The position numbers and the translations under genes were made by a program. A stretch of DNA of 64,000 bases from Curvularia clavata. Its lineage: Eukaryota. Of the stretch, positions 57,789 to 64,000 are shown in pieces (the first letter of the stretch is position 1; each line of letters begins with the position of its first letter). The notes beneath the pieces were generated by a model. It was not told the DNA's origin and ran no database searches. It worked only from the letters and a program-made list of their open reading frames with translations. The stretch covers positions 1,674,001-1,738,000 of the forward strand of contig CP089277.1 in assembly GCA_023920165.1 (NCBI GenBank). The letters are read 5' to 3'.

Positions 57789-58351
57789 ATGCCGTCCCAC
57801 GGAGAACGAAACATGGAGCACGGAAGTCAAACTTACAGTGCGACTTTCAATCAGGGTCATCTAGCACTTCCACCCAGCCAAAGATACACAATCGGTGAGT
57901 CTCCATAAATTTACATACCTTGCTAGCAGCCGCTGATCCTAGTTATATAGTAACTTGCATGGATGCACGAATAGACCCAGCCAGAGCGTTCGGTATACCA
58001 CTTGGAGCCGCCCACGTCATTCGCAATGCAGGCGCATCTGTCCGTGACGCGTTCCGATCCATAATCATATCACAACAACTACTCGGGACCAGAGAAGTGA
58101 TGATTGTCAAGCACACAGGATGCGGCATGCTCACATTCGACAACGACACTGCGAAGGCGATTGTCATGAAAAAGAGAGGAGAAATAGCGGCAAGGGAAGT
58201 GGAAGATATGGAATTCCAGACTTTCCGTGATCTCGAGATTCAAGTCAAGAAGGATGTACAATGGCTGCGAATCAAGGCAGTAGAGGAAAACATCCGTTTC
58301 AGCGGCTGGATATACGATGTAGAGACAGGGAAGACGAAGAGGATAGTCTGA
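57789..58351 (+). CDS. Beta-class carbonic anhydrase, clade-D-like; intron 57895-57950
   Basis: Spliced ...GHLALPPSQRYTIVTCMDARID...AHVIRNAG...SQQLLGTRE...KHTGCGM...GWIYDVETG; CxD and HxxC zinc ligands. Confidence 0.92.
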
Positions 58352-58633
58352 AGTTGTCCCTCTGCAGCGTTTGGTGAGCCAGTCCGATATACCCTTATGA
58401 ATGTAAAATTATGTTATTGTCCTATTTTCTGTTGACATAAAGTGGGTGCTGGGAACTGACTCCAACGATACCAGCGGTAATTCCGTACGTCTTACCTATT
58501 CCAGACTAGCTCACACATTGCTGCCTATGCTGAAGAAACGTCCAACCACTGCCTGCACCACGGCTAACTCCAGAACAACCACTAATTATATACCGAAAGC
58601 GCTTTGTAATACCCTCGTCAGGCAACTTGGACC

Positions 58634-60019
58634 ATGGCAACAGAGAACGTGTCTCTTGAGTGCTTGCCAGACGAGCTTCTCTCATACATAGTGCTTCATC
58701 TCAGCACGATCCGCTCCCATGAGACACAATCAGCAGCCTTCAAACAAAAGGACACAGAGAAAAGACGGCAACGAGAAAACAGACTACGTCAACTCTCATT
58801 GCACAGTCTCTGCCTGACATCTCATCACTTCAATCGAGTTGCCACTCCTATCTTATATGCCTCGTTCACAGGATCTACTACACGGCATGGCATTGTGCCT
58901 CTTCGACTTTTTCGCAGAACTTCAGCAGAAATAAACAGTTCAAATGGAAAGAAGTATGTTGGATATCTCCAGTATGTGGAGAACCGACTGGCCGACTATC
59001 TCGGTAACGATCTAGTCGAAGACGCATTGCATCCAGACGCTACAAACATGGTTGTGGAATACTTTTCGCTATTAGCTGAAATCATCAATTCTGCACCAAA
59101 TTTACAGCATCTTTCTGTGATCAGCTTGGAGAATGACAAGTTGGCCTTTTGGAAATACATCGTACACGAGCAACCAAGCGCTTCAACCCATTCATTTGCA
59201 TTCGCTGCCGAGCACGGTTTTAGGAAGTTGGAAGTCTTGTCTGTCCAGACCAATATCGCAGCTTATCAAGCTACAAAGGAAGCCTATTTTCAGGGCATTT
59301 GCTCAGCTGCGGCATCACTGCCATCCCTTTCAGACTTTCGATTCTCGAGACCGGCGTGGAATATAGTACAGCAAACAGCAGCAAACCTTGGCCACTTTAA
59401 AACCCTGCAGCGCATAGAGATGACCAAATGTTCTCTCAAGGTCCACGTAGTGGCTGAAGTCTTATCAGCATGCGAGGGTCTTCGACACATTGTTTGCAAA
59501 TGGGACACCCTCTACTGCGTGCACGAAACACCGCTAGACCTTCGGCCAGCACTCTTACGTCACTCCAATACATTGGAAACACTTGTTTTGGATTTTCGCA
59601 GATGTCGATGGGACTTTTATCATATGACGTTTAAGGAAATCGGGTCTTTCCGGCAACTGGAGCGTTTGGAGGCATTGACGGTATCTAAAATGGGTTTCAC
59701 TGGTGGAGATTGGTTCAGCAACCCCGAAGAATATCTAGAGAAGCTCTCCGAGCTGAATCTGGTCGATTTGTTGCCAACAGGGCTCAAGAAGTTGAGCCTC
59801 CTCCTTGATGAAGCAGATTTCGAACTAGATCCCGACGCCTTGGACGATGTTCCTGAACTTCGTCCTTTACCTGGAGCTTGCAAGTCGTCCGCACTCAACT
59901 TAGAAGAGGTGACAATTACATGTACTTGTGATGTTCGTGGAGTAAGAGAACGCATAGACGATTTTGCGCAAGCCGGAGTGCTTCTCAATGTTACCATCGA
60001 GCCTTTCATCGACCCTTGA
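58634..60019 (+). CDS. F-box-like/leucine-rich-repeat-like protein, 461 aa
   Basis: LECLPDELLSYIVLHL N-terminus; LxxLxL repeats (TLETLVLD, RLEALTVS, LPTGLKKLSL). Confidence 0.8.
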   Translation: MATENVSLECLPDELLSYIVLHLSTIRSHETQSAAFKQKDTEKRRQRENRLRQLSLHSLCLTSHHFNRVATPILYASFTGSTTRHGIVPLRLFRRTSAEINSSNGKKYVGYLQYVENRLADYLGNDLVEDALHPDATNMVVEYFSLLAEIINSAPNLQHLSVISLENDKLAFWKYIVHEQPSASTHSFAFAAEHGFRKLEVLSVQTNIAAYQATKEAYFQGICSAAASLPSLSDFRFSRPAWNIVQQTAANLGHFKTLQRIEMTKCSLKVHVVAEVLSACEGLRHIVCKWDTLYCVHETPLDLRPALLRHSNTLETLVLDFRRCRWDFYHMTFKEIGSFRQLERLEALTVSKMGFTGGDWFSNPEEYLEKLSELNLVDLLPTGLKKLSLLLDEADFELDPDALDDVPELRPLPGACKSSALNLEEVTITCTCDVRGVRERIDDFAQAGVLLNVTIEPFIDP

Positions 60020-60516
60020 GCTGGCAAGATCGCCATCAGTGTACGATTCAACCTTTATGTAAACAATATCTTCCATATTGTATGGTTGGTGTCTAAGTTT
60101 AGTGTAGCGTCTGCGACAAACGGAAAGCAACTGCACCGGCACAAAAGGCCACCAAAGCGTAGCAATAGCGTAAGGCTGCTCTACTATTATGCTAAGTATG
60201 TAATTGCATTGTTTATTGTCCCAAAAGGTACCAAGGTAACACATACCAATTCATTCTTTGTTTTGACACGATTTCACCACTTATCGTTATCATGATCTTT
60301 TCGGCCCAGCCGCCTTCACTCTCATGTTTACATTTCACTTCACAATAGCTCAGACTTGACTGCCCCACATTTCGCCGTTTGCCTTACTACAGTACCGGCC
60401 ATTGCCAAGGCTCTGGCCTATATTTCGTTTTCACCTCACATCTCCGTATCCTGCTTCTCTCTCTCTCTCTCCCTCTCTTTCAATCAACTCTCAATAGCTC
60501 TGACAACGTCCTCAAC

Positions 60517-62208
60517 ATGTCGGCACCGGATAACCCTGCTCATGCTCTCAACATCTACGCCGAGGCCGCCGTTGCTACAAGCTTGGAAACTTCATCCACA
60601 GAGGGATCCTCGGGTCAAGAGCTCGCTCTCGATTCTGAGGGACCTACTGCAGATATCAGAGACCAGAGTGGAAGCAGCGCGGACGTGGTCAATGGCGAGA
60701 GCGATACTGGGGATCAAGATCTCGGATCACAGCTCAGTTCAGCTGCTTCTTCAGCAGAGCTTAGTGACCAAGTCTCTGGCATAATACAGGCAGCCGCCGG
60801 TACTGATCAAGAGCAGAGTGGCCCAGTCAACATGTTCACACCATCAGATCATGGTATGTAACCTTTTGAAGGCGAATGGCAATAGCTAACTTCACTTCAG
60901 TTACCCAACCACTGAACCAAGAGCCAGTGTTGTCTCGTATTCCAGAAAACGCCAGACAGGAGGAGGGCGTTCCTACGAACAGCACGGTTATCGAGCGCGA
61001 AACTCAACCAAGGGTTACCGATGAGGCAGCAAGGTTGTCTGCATCCGTCAATATACCACCACCCATGCAGTCAGGTTATATTGCTCCAGTACCTCACCGC
61101 TCTGAGCCTGTCCATTCCAAGGTAAGATGCCGTATGTACAACTTCACTCACACATGACTTGCTCAACCATCAGATGTCATCTCGCAACAGGACCCCACGT
61201 AGCAACAGCCTACCACAAGGTCAACGCTCCAACAACTCACAGTATGACTCTGCCGAGATCGTACGCCTGAACGCGCAGATCCTCAAGATTCGGGACGATC
61301 TCGCTGCCGAACGCACCAAGAACCTCACTCAGCGCCAGCAGATGAAGAGCGAGCAGCGTCAATACCTCGAGGCGACCTTCTCCAACATGGTCACAGATCT
61401 CCTCCACGAGCAAATCGACATCCTGGCACGTAAAGCTAATATCGAAGCCAGGGAGCGCGACGTCCTTTTCCGGGAGCAAAGAGCTGCTCAACTCGAGAGT
61501 TTCCTTGCGGAAGGCCAGAGGCAGCTCGTATACGGCCTAGACGAGCACCACATGAATGCAGTCCAGCTCGACCACATAGGGCGTGAGACGGACCTCAAAA
61601 TGCGCAAACATCTTACGGATCGCGAAGCGAAGCTCGCAGTCAAGAGCGAGGAGTTGCGTCTTCGTGCTAGCGCGCAAGAGAAGCGTGAGGAGTTGTACAA
61701 GATTATGGTGAGGGAGCTGCTGGAGGCAGAGATCAAGAAGAGTGTGCTTTCGGTCGAGGATGAGTACAAGCGGGGTTTCAAGGATGGTAAGGAGGCAGGA
61801 AAGCAGGAGTTTCTGAAGGGATACCACGCTTGTCATCGTGCTCAGGCTACGCTCAGTATGTTCCGCAAGAGCGAGATGGTGCATGGTGCTCCCGAGTTGG
61901 ACTTCTTGTTCGATCCCGCCCATCCCGGTAACATGTTCAACATGGGTGTGCAGATTGGCAAATTGGAACTGCATGGAGCTACCGAGTCCGCATCTCCTGC
62001 TGTCAAGGCGACGATACCTGCGCCTGAGGCTGAGTCCAACCACAGATCTGACGTTACGGAGGCCAAGAATGATACCATCGAGGAGGCAGCCGAGGCCGCT
62101 GTCGATCAGAACACTGTTGGCATGAGCTATGCTGCTCCTGCTTTTGCGTAAGTTTATGCCTTCTCACCCTTCCCCTGCCTCTCTCTCACACCTGCCATCC
62201 ACCGTCCA

Positions 62209-62245
<37 letters not shown>

Positions 62246-62543
62246 TGCAAAAACATACTACGCACCACACAACACAAACCCCATGTACATGCATACACAT
62301 CATATGTCTTACATCGATACTCATGCAAGCCCCCGCAGCGGCCACGGTCGTTTTCCATCTCGGTCTCAACCTTATTACAGACGTCCAACCCTGGCAGCCG
62401 AACTCCGTGGTCCATCGCATACCTACAACGGACAAATCGTTCTTGCCAACAACGACGCTCTTCGTACCCTTACTCCCGAGACGACCGGAGACTCTGTCGT
62501 CCAGAACAACCAAGAGGGACCCAACTTGATCGATCTTGTGTAA
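60517..62543 (+). CDS. Hypothetical coiled-coil protein; exons 60517-60853, 60901-61121, 61174-62147, 62381-62543 (3' end uncertain)
   Basis: Canonical introns join three ORFs in frame; long coiled coil followed by YKRGFKDGKEAG...FLKGY. Confidence 0.7.
62210..62243. repeat. (CA)17 intronic microsatellite
   Basis: Read directly from the sequence. Confidence 0.95.
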
Positions 62544-62912
62544 CCGGATGCTTCATGTCAACGGCAGAGGCTAACCTGATCAATATTCTGCAAGTGGATA
62601 TCTCGGGTTCCTCGGCCATGACAGAAGAGGACGAAGAATCAAATGCATTTAACTCACTTTTCATATGGGACTGAAGTTGCTTGTCGAGGACGAGGCATCA
62701 CCGTGTTTCGGAGACAAGGAATTTGAGTATTGCATTATATGGCCTGCTTAATTGATGGACCTAAATGCTAGGGAATAGGAATCTATGGTATTTTGGAGGG
62801 AGGGCTTGGCCATGCAGTCTTTGGGTATGGGGGAAAATGTCATGAAATTTCAAATGCGGTTACCCTTTGTGACTCATGCAAATGTTCTCCCGTTTATTCG
62901 GAAGAGTATGAG

Positions 62913-64000
62913 TTAACGCCCACGAACAACAGGCCCATGACCCCTTTCTCCCAACATAGGCTTTCTGAGTATAGGGCCATGCGGTCCTTGGCCATATTCA
63001 TCCGCCTTCTTCTGCGCATCTTCCGATAACTTGAGTCCACCTCCGCCCTCATGTGCTGCATTTGCATCATCATTCTCCTTGTTCTTAGTATCCCACTTCT
63101 TAGCAAAGTCCTGCGCCCCACCACCAATCGCCTTCATCTCCTCATTCTCTTTCCCATCAGCGCTCGCCACATACTTATCCACAACGCTAAGCAAGTCACT
63201 CTCACCCTGTTCCTGCCTCTCCTTCCTCCATAGCTCAAACTCATTCCACCACCACTTGTGCGTCTCACCGTCTTTCCCTAGATATCCCGCTGTACCATCT
63301 GGTTTATTTCGTGCCGCCCACGGCTTGTCTACAATGTAGTGTAGCACAGCGACATGCGAGTCGTCTGTCCAGATGTTCGTATGCCAATACCGCCATGTCT
63401 TGAGGGCATTTGTGCGCCATGAGAGAGGCGACCACCGGCCATCAAACGCTTCGTTTAGGAAATCCTGATCTGGGAATTTCATTGCGCGGAGTTTGGCATT
63501 GCCTAGCTCCTCGAATTTTTGACGTACGAAATCAGCAAGTTTTCTGGATGGGCGATATAGAAAAGTGCCAGAGTTGAAGTTGGAGAGGGTGTATGGCTCA
63601 GGCTTAACTTGGGCCAGTTGGTCCGGCGAGGTCAGAGGCGTCATGGCGCAGTTTTCCTTGGTCCATTCGGGTGGCGCCCAGGTGTCGTGGTCAAGGTTGC
63701 ACACACATGTATGTACGGCCATTGTCCTCATGCCATCGGATCCTGTGAGATACTCGTCGTTTTGCTGGTTGAATACCAGGGGTGAAGGGTCCGAGAAGAT
63801 CATCATATCAGCATCGAGCCAACATAGCCTTTCCCATTTTTGCTCCATGTCCCATAAGTCGAAGACTCGTAGCTTCGTCCATGTGTCAATGAAACGCTCG
63901 GCGACCATGCCATGGGCAGTTCCATCTTCAGGGAGGCGGAGATGCTCAACAGGCTTGAGAACTATATTGGAATGTTTGGCTTCGGCAGCAAAGGCATTAA
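62913..64000 (-). CDS. Glycosyltransferase family 8 protein (glycogenin/galactinol-synthase-like), 5' part beyond the window end
   Basis: WTKLRVF, WLDADM (DxD), FNSG, DQDFLN, LHYIVDKPW; the reading frame continues to position 64000. Confidence 0.9.
   Translation of the reverse strand, partial: NAFAAEAKHSNIVLKPVEHLRLPEDGTAHGMVAERFIDTWTKLRVFDLWDMEQKWERLCWLDADMMIFSDPSPLVFNQQNDEYLTGSDGMRTMAVHTCVCNLDHDTWAPPEWTKENCAMTPLTSPDQLAQVKPEPYTLSNFNSGTFLYRPSRKLADFVRQKFEELGNAKLRAMKFPDQDFLNEAFDGRWSPLSWRTNALKTWRYWHTNIWTDDSHVAVLHYIVDKPWAARNKPDGTAGYLGKDGETHKWWWNEFELWRKERQEQGESDLLSVVDKYVASADGKENEEMKAIGGGAQDFAKKWDTKNKENDDANAAHEGGGGLKLSEDAQKKADEYGQGPHGPILRKPMLGERGHGPVVRGR

Noticed and set aside
1..64000. CRISPR array, intact transposase/retroelement, or secondary-metabolite backbone gene
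   Set aside because: No repeat-spacer periodicity and no DDE, RT, integrase, PKS, NRPS or terpene synthase motifs in any ORF.

Overview
Eukaryotic, gene-dense fungal DNA. Short GT-AG introns with CTRAC-type branch points, intron-containing tRNAs, a dispersed 5S rRNA gene and a HET-domain gene point to a filamentous ascomycete, probably Dothideomycetes/Pleosporales (inference). About 30 protein-coding genes are supportable. Core genes include a copper amine oxidase, ATG101, ARG7, ORC2, an Mss116-like DEAD-box helicase, a Sep1/Hcm1-like forkhead factor, BUD31, complex I subunit NDUFA6, RPC19, HIS3, AP-2 mu, an M13 peptidase and a GT8 glycosyltransferase. There are also tRNA-Gly(GCC), tRNA-Ile(AAT) and a divergent but foldable 5S rRNA. 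Several accessory-looking patches are interspersed. (i) Next to tRNA-Ile: a thiol/halide methyltransferase, a type II membrane kinase-like protein (candidate secretory-pathway kinase), a HET gene and a basic-repeat/F-box-like/poly-Glu protein. (ii) A tandem pair of uncharacterised paralogues sharing a domain I do not recognise, one with a triple MCB-like promoter. (iii) Two hydrolases plus a clade-D-type beta-carbonic anhydrase that lies between two divergently oriented F-box/LRR-like paralogues. No intact transposon, Starship captain or CRISPR array was seen. All family calls come from motif recognition by eye; no searches were run.
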